Shown: positions 38,959 to 48,100 of the stretch, piece by piece
How the letters are laid out: the number at the start of each line of letters is the position of its first letter
Numbering within the stretch: position 1 is the stretch's first letter
Assembly (NCBI GenBank): GCA_039714215.1
Contig: JBDLJU010000001.1
Location: 5,425-69,424, forward strand
Origin: Chloroflexota bacterium
Lineage (GTDB): Bacteria > Chloroflexota > Anaerolineae > Anaerolineales > UBA11579
DNA length: 64,000 bases
Direction: 5' to 3'
Program-made: the position numbers and the translations under genes
The notes under the pieces: generated by a model
Seen by the model: only the letters and a program-made list of their open reading frames with translations
Database searches by the model: none
Told to the model about the DNA's origin: nothing

Positions 38959-40991
38959 AGCGGTTCGCCTGCCAGTTCTCGCAGTCCTGCTTCATCGAGG
39001 ACCGGGATACCCAATTGCTCAGCTTTGGCAAATTTTGAGCCAGGGCTTTCTCCAGAAACCAGATAAGATGTTTTTGAACTCACCGCGGAGATCACCTTCC
39101 CGCCTCGCTCCTGGATATAGTCTTTCACTGCTTTTCGCGAAAATCCAGCCAACGTCCCCGTCACCACAAAACTTAGCCCTTCAAGCGGCTGCGGTAGACC
39201 TTCCGCGCCGGAATCCCCGGAGAGCTCCGGCCACATCCCGGATTGCTTGAGCTTTGCCAAGATATTTTGATTGGCGGGGAGTGCAAACCAGTCGACTACC
39301 GCCTGGGCAATATTCGGACCAATTCCTTCAATTTCGATTAATTCCTCTAGTGTGGTTGCAGCAAGGCGATCCATGCTGCAGTAGAAGGTTGCCAATTCTG
39401 CCCCGACGACTTCCCCAACCCCGCGGATACCCAAAGCAAAGATAAAACGACTGAGGGGACGCTGCTTTGAAGATTCAATCGCAGCCAAAAGGTTGTCGGC
39501 TTTTTTGTCTCCAAAACCCTCTAGTTCAATCAAATCCTCACGTTTTAGGCGGTACAGATCAGCGACATCCTTGACCAAGCCCTGCTCGACAAGCTGCTCA
39601 ACCAATTTAATTCCTAACCCAACAATATCCAGTGTCGTCCGCGAGACATAGTGCTCAAGATTTCTGACCAGTTGTGCCGGGCATGCTGGATTGACACAGT
39701 ACCAGGCCACCTCCCCTTCTATGGTGGCAACTTTTTCTTCGCAAGCGGGGCACACATCAGGTGGGCTGTAAGTAACTGCACTTTCTGGGCGGACCTCAAG
39801 GATAGGACCCTTTACATAAGGGATCACATCGCCGGCTCGTTTGATTCGAACCCGGTCATGGATGCGGATATCTTTGTCCTGTATAAAATCAAAATTATGC
39901 AAAGTAGCCTGACGGACAATTACACCACCAACTTCCACGGCATCGAGGATCGCATAGGGAGTCAGTACGCCGGTGCGGCCAACATTGACACCGATATCGA
40001 GCAGCTCTGTGGTGACTTCCTGCGCTGGGAATTTATAGGCAATCGCCCCGCGGGGATCTTTCCCAACAATACCTAATGAGTCAGCCATGGCAATATTATT
40101 GATTTTTACAACTGCCCCATCGATCTCGTACGGCAGGCTGATGCGCCGTTCCCCCCAAGCTTCACAGGCTTCCACAACTTCTTCGATATCGAGGCAGTGT
40201 ACGATATTTTCCGGCACAGAAAAGCCATAAGCCCTAAGCAATTCTAGGGATTCAAGTTGGCTTTCCGGAACCTCGCTGCCCTCACTTGTTACAATCGTAT
40301 AGACCAGTAAACGCAGCGGCCGAGCAGCTGTTACCGCTGAATCCAAATTGCGCAATGCGCCCGCGGCAGTGTTGCGCGGAGTCTGGTAGACTTTTTCACC
40401 GAGCTCTTCCTGCTTTCGGTTGAGCTCCTCGAAATCCTCCAGGTCAATAAACACCTCACCGCGTACTACCAAATATTCAGGGGGCGCTGGGCCATCCTGG
40501 AAGACTGGGATTGAGAGCGGCAGCGACTGCAGTGTTTTTAGATTACGAGTGACCTCTTCCCCAATTTCACCATTCCCGCGGGTAGCACCCTGGACAAAGA
40601 TTCCGTTTCGGTAGTGCAGCACGACTGTAAGCCCATCAAGTTTTGGTTCAACAGTGAAATCTGACGCAGCAACCTTGGGATTAAGTTTAGCGATCCTATC
40701 TAACCAACTGCGCAGATCTTCGGCATCGAATCCGTTTGCGAGACTCAATATCGGTTGAGGATGTTGAACTTTTCTGAACCTGTCGGATACACCCCCACCC
40801 ACCCGCTGACTTGGAGAATCAGGGGTGATTAAGTCGGGGTATTTGGATTCAAGCTGGAGGAGTTCAGCAACAAGCTGATCATATTCAGCATCGCTGATGA
40901 TCGGCATATCCAACACATGGTATCGGTGATTATGCTCTTGAATAATTTTTATTAATTCTTCTAATCTAGATTTTTCTTTTGCTGCGTCCAT
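38955..40991 (-). CDS. ligA: NAD-dependent DNA ligase
   Basis: 678 aa with the adenylation motif EPKLDGL, an OB fold, a Cys4 zinc finger (CPACEEKV..CVNPACPAQ), HhH repeats and a C-terminal BRCT domain. Confidence 0.97.
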   Translation of the reverse strand: MDAAKEKSRLEELIKIIQEHNHRYHVLDMPIISDAEYDQLVAELLQLESKYPDLITPDSPSQRVGGGVSDRFRKVQHPQPILSLANGFDAEDLRSWLDRIAKLNPKVAASDFTVEPKLDGLTVVLHYRNGIFVQGATRGNGEIGEEVTRNLKTLQSLPLSIPVFQDGPAPPEYLVVRGEVFIDLEDFEELNRKQEELGEKVYQTPRNTAAGALRNLDSAVTAARPLRLLVYTIVTSEGSEVPESQLESLELLRAYGFSVPENIVHCLDIEEVVEACEAWGERRISLPYEIDGAVVKINNIAMADSLGIVGKDPRGAIAYKFPAQEVTTELLDIGVNVGRTGVLTPYAILDAVEVGGVIVRQATLHNFDFIQDKDIRIHDRVRIKRAGDVIPYVKGPILEVRPESAVTYSPPDVCPACEEKVATIEGEVAWYCVNPACPAQLVRNLEHYVSRTTLDIVGLGIKLVEQLVEQGLVKDVADLYRLKREDLIELEGFGDKKADNLLAAIESSKQRPLSRFIFALGIRGVGEVVGAELATFYCSMDRLAATTLEELIEIEGIGPNIAQAVVDWFALPANQNILAKLKQSGMWPELSGDSGAEGLPQPLEGLSFVVTGTLAGFSRKAVKDYIQERGGKVISAVSSKTSYLVSGESPGSKFAKAEQLGIPVLDEAGLRELAGEPL

Positions 40992-40997
40992 GCCCCC

Positions 40998-41003
40998 ATT
41001 ATA
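40998..41003 (-). promoter_or_regulatory. TATAAT box 6 nt upstream of the ligA ATG (candidate leaderless start)
   Basis: Minus strand reads TATAAT-gggggc-ATG. No convincing -35 or SD. Confidence 0.4.
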
Positions 41004-41017
41004 CCCTTTTGCCGAGT

Positions 41018-41692
41018 TTAACTATTTTCAAAAAAGCGGTTGAATCCGCGGAAACAATCCGCACCCAAACGGTGGCCGACATCTGTAAAGCAGCTGGTCA
41101 CCTGCGCACCGCCAGTCTCAAAGAGCTTCACAGCTTGCTGAGCTCTCTCAAGCGGCACGATTTCGTCCCTGGTGCCGTGGCCAACAAATATCTTCTTGCC
41201 ATGTAAATCTAAATCGGATGGATCCGAACCTTCAGCCAAAAAACCAGAGAGAATTGCCAGACGAGATACTTTTTCAGGGTTGACGAAGAAAAACTCCCCG
41301 GCCAACGCAGATCCCTGACTGAATCCGGCAATATTTAATTCCTCAAAATTTGCAGGAAATTGAGTCGCAAGCTCAGAGATTAAGCTGGACAACAAATTAA
41401 CGGGATGCTCAAAATCCTTTTTGTTCGCCCATTTGCCCGTTTTGTCCTCTACCCAGCTGTAACCAGCGTACTTGGAATGATTTGAGGGATATAAACCCCG
41501 CGGTGAGATAATCATGGCATCAGGGTTGAGTTTATTTGCAAACACCCACATCGAATTTTCGTCACCTGTCCAACCGTGGAGCAGGAAGAAAACTGGCGCA
41601 CCCTCAACTTTCTGAGGCAGTCGAATCTTTAACTCCCACGTTCCTAATGTGAGAGATTTTAACAGGTCACTCATCATTAGCCTTTTTAACAA
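41018..41692 (-). CDS. Alpha/beta hydrolase (phospholipase/carboxylesterase family)
   Basis: 224 aa with LLHGWTGDE, the nucleophile elbow GFSQGS, HGTRDEIVP and a distal His (DVGHRL). Confidence 0.75.
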   Translation of the reverse strand: MLKRLMMSDLLKSLTLGTWELKIRLPQKVEGAPVFFLLHGWTGDENSMWVFANKLNPDAMIISPRGLYPSNHSKYAGYSWVEDKTGKWANKKDFEHPVNLLSSLISELATQFPANFEELNIAGFSQGSALAGEFFFVNPEKVSRLAILSGFLAEGSDPSDLDLHGKKIFVGHGTRDEIVPLERAQQAVKLFETGGAQVTSCFTDVGHRLGADCFRGFNRFFENS

Positions 41693-41891
41693 TCACATCC
41701 AGCAGCAGCATTACAAGGGCAATAAAAATTAGGGGAACCATCCCCGCGAAGATGCAGATCAGCCCGCTGACCGCGGCGCTTGGGCCATACAGCCAATAAA
41801 TCAGTCCATCGCCAATAATGAGGAGCACAAGGAAAAATCCAACAGCCAGGCGTAGGTTGGTCTTGCGGGCATATTCTCGAAGGTCACGCAT
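41667..41891 (-). CDS. Small two-TM membrane protein (hypothetical)
   Basis: Start taken at ATG 41891 (MRDLREYARKT). It has two hydrophobic helices and overlaps both neighbours, which is consistent with operon coupling. Confidence 0.45.
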   Translation of the reverse strand: MRDLREYARKTNLRLAVGFFLVLLIIGDGLIYWLYGPSAAVSGLICIFAGMVPLIFIALVMLLLDVIVKKANDE

Positions 41892-42771
41892 CAACCACGC
41901 CCGCTTTATTTTTAATCCAACGTACAGGTTTTTTCCAGGGGGAGACCGCCGCACGAAGCTCAGGGAGCATTTCTAAAGCAGCAATTTCACCGCGCTTCGC
42001 GATTTCGGAGACGTCAATTTGGTCGAGCATTCCGACGCCGTGCAAATTTGGTAAAATGGCGACTTCTGGTTTTTGGGTCTTGAGCAGCAGTTCGGTCATC
42101 CTGATCGAGCTCATCTCGCTTGACCGGACAAAGACATTGATTGCCTGGGCAAGGCGCAGCCTGGAAATATATTCCACCATTGCGTTAGTTGTGGGGGTTT
42201 CTGGGACATTGAATGACTCTCCAGGCATGGAGCGCTGATTAAGAGCTACGGCCACCAGAGGAAGATCTGACCGCAGTTCACGGACAGGTCGAATTGGCAC
42301 CGGACAAAGCACCCCTCCATCAACCAGCAGCCTTCCCTTCCAGCGTCTGGCCGGAAACACACCAGGCACGGCAGTGCTTGCCAAAACCGCATCAATCAGA
42401 GGGCCTTCGTTAAAGATAATCACTTCACCGCGATCAAGGTCGACCGCAGTCGTTGCAAATGGGATCGGCAAATCAGCGAAGGTTCTGTCTCCCAGAAAAT
42501 TGCTTAATATTTTGGTGATCCCCTCAAAACCCAACAGCGAAGGCTCATCACCCTTCTGGCGGCCGTACAGCTTGGTTAATTCCAGATCACGAAATTCATC
42601 CTTGATCTCTTGTGGAGAAACTCCGCATAGATAAACCGCGCCAATCAAACCGCCCACACTTGTTCCGGCAAGCGCTTGAATCTCGAAACCTTCTCGATCC
42701 AACACTTCAAGAACGCCCAGGTGCGCAGCCCCTTTGACGCCCCCACCTCCTAATGCTAAAGCAATTTCCAT
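41884..42771 (-). CDS. Patatin-like phospholipase
   Basis: 295 aa with the oxyanion motif GGGVKG, nucleophile GTSVGG and catalytic Asp in VDGG. Confidence 0.88.
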   Translation of the reverse strand: MEIALALGGGGVKGAAHLGVLEVLDREGFEIQALAGTSVGGLIGAVYLCGVSPQEIKDEFRDLELTKLYGRQKGDEPSLLGFEGITKILSNFLGDRTFADLPIPFATTAVDLDRGEVIIFNEGPLIDAVLASTAVPGVFPARRWKGRLLVDGGVLCPVPIRPVRELRSDLPLVAVALNQRSMPGESFNVPETPTTNAMVEYISRLRLAQAINVFVRSSEMSSIRMTELLLKTQKPEVAILPNLHGVGMLDQIDVSEIAKRGEIAALEMLPELRAAVSPWKKPVRWIKNKAGVVDA

Positions 42772-42774
42772 CGA

Positions 42775-44535
42775 TTATTCCGCCTTGAATGGCACCTCAA
42801 CTACTTTTTTGTGAACTTCAGCCAAAAGCGTGTCTTTGATCGCTAAGACATTGCTGATAATTTCATCGACGGGGACTGCACTACGATCAGCATCCCGCCG
42901 AAGCTTAAGTTCAATTTCGCCTTTCTCGAGAGAGCGCTTCCCAATCGTCAGTCGGATAGGCACACCGATCAAATCAGCATCATTGAATTTAACCCCAGGG
43001 CTCTCGCTGCGGTCATCAAGGAGCACCTCCAAACCGGCCTCCTCCAGCTGCTGGTAAACCTCAGCAGCTTTCTCCTCCCCGCCTTTCAATGCCACAATAT
43101 GAACCTGGTACGGTGCGATCGTAATCGGCCAAATCAATCCATGCTCATCGTGATGCTCTTCAGCAATACACGCCAGCAGCCGTCCGCTGCCAATCCCATA
43201 ACTCCCCATAATTACTGGCTGGGCCTTTCCGTTCTTGTCTAGGAAATTAGCGCCAAGCGCTTCTGTGTATTTGGTACCTAATTTAAAGATATTACCAATT
43301 TCCACACCGCGTTTCTCGTCTAAAGCGTTTCCGCAGTTTATACAGGCGAAATCTTTTTCTGCTGCAGTGATGTCTGCAACAATCGACGCCTCAAAATCTC
43401 GACCATAATTGACGTTTAGATAATGGAAACCTTCTTCGTTAGCTCCACTGACTAAGTTTGGTGATTTCGCAACCAGCTCGTCAACCACAACCAGCACATC
43501 CTTTAATCCAATCGGGGATGCGTAACCGGGCGAAGCACCGACTGCAGCGATTTCATCATCCTGTGCAGGACGCAATTCCTTGGCTTTTACCGCGTTAACC
43601 AATTTTGTTTCATTCAATTCCAAATCGCCGCGAACTACTGCAAAGACCAATTTCTCATGATCTTCGGTGCCTTCAGTAAAAGTTCCCATCATGAAAACCG
43701 CCTTGGCAGTTTTACTCTCAGGGATTTTGAGGAATTCAGCCAAATCTGCAATGGTGGCTGCCCCTGGAGTGGCCACTTTTTCCAACTCTCCCAAAGGTTC
43801 CTCTGTTATCTCAGGCTGTTGAAACAGGGCAATTTGCCGGTTCGCCATGTAGCCGCAATCGTTACAGATCAACAGGGTGTCCTCCCCTATCGGGGTGAGG
43901 TACATATACTCGTGCGCCATCGAACCGCCCATCATGCCCACATCAGAGAGCACTGCCGCTGAAGGCAGATCGCAGCGATTGAAGATGTTGAAATACGCCT
44001 GGTAGTGAGCTTTATACTGTTTATCAAGCCCCTCTTCATCCAGGTCAAGGCTGTAGCTATCCTTCATGGTGAACTCGCGGACGCGAATCAAACCCGCCCG
44101 AGGACGAGGGTCATCTCGAAACTTGGTTTGAATATGGTAAACCAGCTTGGGGAGCTGTTTGTAGGAATGGATCATCTTGCGCACCAGGTCAGCAACCACC
44201 TCTTCATGGGTCATTGCCAGGACCATATCGGCATCTTTACGATCTTTGAAGCGTCCCATCTCACTGCCGATTTCGTAATAGCGGTTGGTTTCTTTCCAAA
44301 CTTCTGCAGGGTTTACTACCGGCATGCTCAATTCCTGACCGCCGATTGCATTGATTTCGTCCCGCATGATATTTTCAATTTTATTCAACGAGCGCTTTGA
44401 TAAAGGTAGAACCGAATAAATTCCCGCACCAAGCTGCTTGATAAACCCCGCCCGTACCAGCAGTTGATGGCTGGCGACTTCAGCGTCAGCGGGGACCTCT
44501 CGTAATGTTTGGAAAAACAGATCGCTCATCTTCAT
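42775..44535 (-). CDS. proS: Prolyl-tRNA synthetase (bacterial type with INS editing domain)
   Basis: 586 aa with class II motifs (FRDDPRPRAGLIRVREF, GSYGIGSGRL) and a C-terminal anticodon-binding domain. Confidence 0.96.
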   Translation of the reverse strand: MKMSDLFFQTLREVPADAEVASHQLLVRAGFIKQLGAGIYSVLPLSKRSLNKIENIMRDEINAIGGQELSMPVVNPAEVWKETNRYYEIGSEMGRFKDRKDADMVLAMTHEEVVADLVRKMIHSYKQLPKLVYHIQTKFRDDPRPRAGLIRVREFTMKDSYSLDLDEEGLDKQYKAHYQAYFNIFNRCDLPSAAVLSDVGMMGGSMAHEYMYLTPIGEDTLLICNDCGYMANRQIALFQQPEITEEPLGELEKVATPGAATIADLAEFLKIPESKTAKAVFMMGTFTEGTEDHEKLVFAVVRGDLELNETKLVNAVKAKELRPAQDDEIAAVGASPGYASPIGLKDVLVVVDELVAKSPNLVSGANEEGFHYLNVNYGRDFEASIVADITAAEKDFACINCGNALDEKRGVEIGNIFKLGTKYTEALGANFLDKNGKAQPVIMGSYGIGSGRLLACIAEEHHDEHGLIWPITIAPYQVHIVALKGGEEKAAEVYQQLEEAGLEVLLDDRSESPGVKFNDADLIGVPIRLTIGKRSLEKGEIELKLRRDADRSAVPVDEIISNVLAIKDTLLAEVHKKVVEVPFKAE

Positions 44536-44715
44536 AAATTCTTCTCCTAAAGCATATTAAAAAACAATCCCCGAATTATCGGGGGCAATAGTAAACAGTT
44601 GAAATCAAAATAGATACCGATTATATCTATTTGGCCCCTCCAAATTGAATTCCCGGCACAGAGGCCGGCGTAGGGACAGGGAATTTAATCATGTCACACT
44701 TCATATATTTAACCA
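44536..44715 (-). promoter_or_regulatory. proS 5' leader (~180 nt) with alternative terminator/antiterminator pairing
   Basis: Three hairpins are present: 44650-44685, 44608-44632 and the terminator. GGGGC (44638-44634) is complementary to GCCCC (44586-82), the 5' arm of the terminator. Confidence 0.45.
44558..44586 (-). terminator. Terminator-like hairpin inside the proS 5' leader
   Basis: Minus strand CCCCGA-taat-TCGGGG followed by ATTGTTTTTT, 22-50 nt upstream of the proS ATG. Confidence 0.55.
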
Positions 44716-44721
44716 TGCTAG

Positions 44722-44750
44722 TTTATACCGTTTGAATTTTTTTTTGTCAA
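44722..44750 (-). promoter_or_regulatory. Sigma-70-type promoter of proS
   Basis: Minus strand TTGACA (44750-44745), 17 nt, TATAAA (44727-44722). Confidence 0.6.
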
Positions 44751-44781
44751 GAAATAACCCAAACGAATATGAAGAATAGCC

Positions 44782-44797
44782 TGGCACAGACCTTGCA
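44782..44797 (+). promoter_or_regulatory. Sigma-54 (-24/-12) type promoter upstream of the 44836-53043 operon
   Basis: TGGCACagaccTTGCA matches TGGCAC-N5-TTGCA at all 11 core positions with canonical GG/GC spacing. The GC lies ~40 nt upstream of ATG 44836, and SD GGAGG is at 44826-44830. Confidence 0.6.
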
Positions 44798-44835
44798 CAT
44801 TATTAGACTATAGAAAAACAAAGCTGGAGGCTGAC

Positions 44836-45174
44836 ATGAACAAATTGGACACAACACAAATAATTCTCCTGGTAGATGCAGTCCTTTTCCTCTTAGGAGT
44901 GATTACTTTTATCACCGGGATCATCATTTTGGCATCGAAAGCAATGAGCCGCGATATTCGCACAATTTCCTCGCAAACGGCTCAGCTTGCCCAGAAAGGA
45001 ATCGCCGAAGACGTTGCAGGCCTGGTGGGGAATGCCTCCGCTCTGATGAACGCCCTGCAGCAAATGGTTAAAACCGCCACTGGGATCGGTGTTTTCATGG
45101 TCATGCTCGGAATCCTCCTGATCGGCGCGTCCATTTTTGTTTTCCTGAATATTAACAACTTTCCCACATTCTAA
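44836..45174 (+). CDS. Small two-TM membrane protein (hypothetical)
   Basis: 112 aa with TM1 at ~aa 8-33, an amphipathic helical middle (SSQTAQLAQKGIAEDVAGLVGNASALMNALQQMV) and TM2 at ~aa 86-105. Good SD. The next gene starts 9 nt after its stop. Confidence 0.6.
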   Translation: MNKLDTTQIILLVDAVLFLLGVITFITGIIILASKAMSRDIRTISSQTAQLAQKGIAEDVAGLVGNASALMNALQQMVKTATGIGVFMVMLGILLIGASIFVFLNINNFPTF

Positions 45175-45183
45175 GGCCTGCTG

Positions 45184-48100
45184 ATGAGTAATTTACTTGT
45201 TCAAAACCTCAAAAAATTGTTCTCCGAAGACCAATTTGGTCAGATCATTCGTGGGTTAAGGACCGATGCTGCAGTCTGGACTGCAGTCCAGGACCCAGCA
45301 ATAACAAAAAAAATGGTTGACCTTGCAGGTCCTGATCTTTCCCGCTGGACGCCAGCTTTTGCCGCCTTGACCATTTTAGGATTTTCGGACCTCTTTCCGA
45401 AGCTCAAGACGGATACTTTTTCATTGGATGAAAACCTAAAGAACCAGGCTTTGGTTGAACTTGAAAAAATCACCACTCAATCAAACGAAAACACATACCC
45501 CCTTCCAATTGAATCTGCTGTACTGGCAGCTCTTGCCCTCAGGGAACGCTGGTTGATATTAATGCAGCCAGACATTTCTGTATTTAAGGTCGAATCAAAT
45601 CTTGCTGCCTGGAAATCAGTGATTGCCTGTTTGATTGGACTATTACCCGACCCCGCAAGCCTGATAACCGATCTGCTGAACGCCAATTCCCCAAAACTGC
45701 ACACCCTGGCGATCCACGGCCTGACCACCAACCCGGCAGAAGAAGAACATCTTTCAGATGTTTTCTTGCGAGCAGCCCTCGAGCTCTCCCCGATTGCAAG
45801 GATCGACATTTTACGCCAGTGCACACAACTAAATCCCAAACTGGCAGAATTCCTGGCAATCAGATTGATCAAACAATTGGAGCTAGGAAATCGCCCTAAC
45901 AATAATCCCTTTGATAATATTCAAAATCTCGTAGAAATGTCCGAGATGCTCAAGATTACTGGTCAGTACGAGCAAGCCATTCCCGCACTTGAAAACTTAT
46001 GGCAAACCACGACCAACTTGCAAACTGACCTGACCGCTCAATTAGCCCAGGCAGCTGCGAAAAACAAGGATCAAGATTCAGCATTGTTAGCTGTTGAAAA
46101 GATCGCCAAGCTCGCAGACCAAATTCCGGTGGACGCCAGCGCTGATATTGCCCTGGCACAAATTCAAACTGGTCAGCTCGACCCCAATAATTTAGAGATT
46201 AAATCTATCCCAGCTACAAATAAACCAGAAACCCCTTCAGCCCTACTGGCTAAAGCGCAGTTGGCTGTAAAAAATAATCAACAGGACCAGGCTCAAACTT
46301 TCGCTGCCCAGGCATACGAAGCTACGATCCAATTCCTCCGCACGAAAGATACGCTGCCCTCAGACATTTCCAATACACTCACCCCCGATTTCCTTCAGGC
46401 TTTGATTGCGTGCTTGATTGAGCTGGAGCTTGCCATTGAGGCCAGTGAATTAGCTGATTCTGTTATTGCCATGCTTCCAAACCATGCGGAAATTGTGAAT
46501 TTATTCAGCCAGGCAAAATTCCTTTCTGGTGAGACGACCAAATCACTCGAAAACGCGTACGTTGCCTCTGCTTTAGAACCCAACAATCCTTTTTACCGGC
46601 GCAGCCTGATCGAAATGCTGGTGAAAATGGAACGCTGGCAGGATTCTGTCAGGGAAGCAGACGCATACCTGGCTCAACTTGATACACCCAGCACGGCTGA
46701 TATCCACCTGGTTGCCACCTGCTACCTGCACACCAAACAATATCGTGATGCTGCAATCATCGCCAACCGGGGCCTGGCATTAGAAACAGACAGCAGCGAC
46801 CTTCATGCCCTGCTCGGAAAGATCTACCAGCAGGACAATAAGACTGAAAAGGCAGTAAAACACTATAATCAGGCGATCTTGATCAGCCCCCAGACCACGG
46901 AATTCTGGTCTGATCTCGCCATGCTCTACCAGGATCAGGGGAAAGTAGAAAAAGCTGAGGAAATCCTCTTTTCTGCTTTTGAGGTGATCCCCAACAACGC
47001 CCACCTCCACCTTCAGCTAGGTCAAATCCACTGTGCAAACAACAAATCTACAGAAGCCCTCGCTGAATTCAACATTGCCCATCAATACGTTGATGTAGAG
47101 ACTACCCAAGAAACTCGGCAAGAAATCTTCACACAGCTCGGTACTCATTTACAAAATCAAGGGTATCGCCAAGAAGCACTTACCACGCTTGAGGAAGGTC
47201 ACCAGGCCTTCCCGGTGAACCCAAAAATAGCTCATCTGCTGGGAAAGTCACTCTCGGATGATGGGAGAGATCAAGAAGCATTGGCAGCTTTTGAAATTGC
47301 TTCCCAATCTAAAAAAGTAACTGCCAACCTGCTCCTGGACCACAGTAAAGCCCTGCTGGCTGTTGGCGGAAAATCAGCCGAAGCAGCGGAAAAGATTTCA
47401 CAGGCTTTGGAACTTGAGCCAAACAATCAGCTGTGCTCTCCCCTCCTGGGTGAAGCTGCTGCACAGTCCGGTGACCACCATCAGGCGATCAATATTTTCC
47501 AGAACGCTCTGCAGTCTGACCTTGCTAAAGATCCAACCTGGCAGGTAAAGCTCTCCACCAACCTGGCTAATTCAGCCTTTGAACTCAACCAACCTGAGAT
47601 TGCTATCACCTTCTTGCAGGAATCTTTACAGAAATCTCCTGACAACTTATTAGCAAAACAAACCTTATGCCAGGCTTTCATTTATACCAACCTGAACAGG
47701 GATGCCCAGAGATTGATCGAGGAAATCCTTGAACAGAATCCACAGAACCTGGAAATCCTGATGTGGGCGTCTGATCAGGCGATCAAAATCAATGATCTTG
47801 ATTATGCCTCTGAAGTTCTCAACCAGGCCAAAGAAATCGCCCCCCAGAAAGCCGACATTATGGTCCGCCTGGGATACATTCAGCTCGAAAAGGGCGAAGA
47901 AGCAGTAGCCAGAGAGACCTTTGGTCAGCTGTTCTCCGCAGAAAATGTGGACATCAGCAACCTGCGCCTCGCCGCTCAGGCCTTAATTGGTCTTGGTGAT
48001 ATTTCCAGCAGCATTCCTTATCTTGAGAAAGCGCTGGAACTCAGCGATTATAAATCCAGCGACCTGCTCCGAGAGCTGACCATCCTGCACCTGCAATCTG

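Noticed and set aside
44536-44721. Calling the proS leader a canonical T-box riboswitch
   Set aside because: Stem I is only ~35 nt, with no K-turn/GA motif, AG bulge or distal-loop motifs. The candidate Pro codon is on the 5' side of the loop. The T-box-like segment matches the consensus only partially and is ~60 nt from the terminator. I kept it as an unclassified attenuator candidate.
44745-44750. Shared palindromic -35 (TTGTCAA/TTGACAA) as back-to-back divergent sigma-70 promoters for proS and the TPR operon
   Set aside because: The plus-strand reading (TTGTCA-18-TATGAA) is weak, and the sigma-54 element downstream explains the plus-strand operon better. Only the minus-strand proS promoter is retained.
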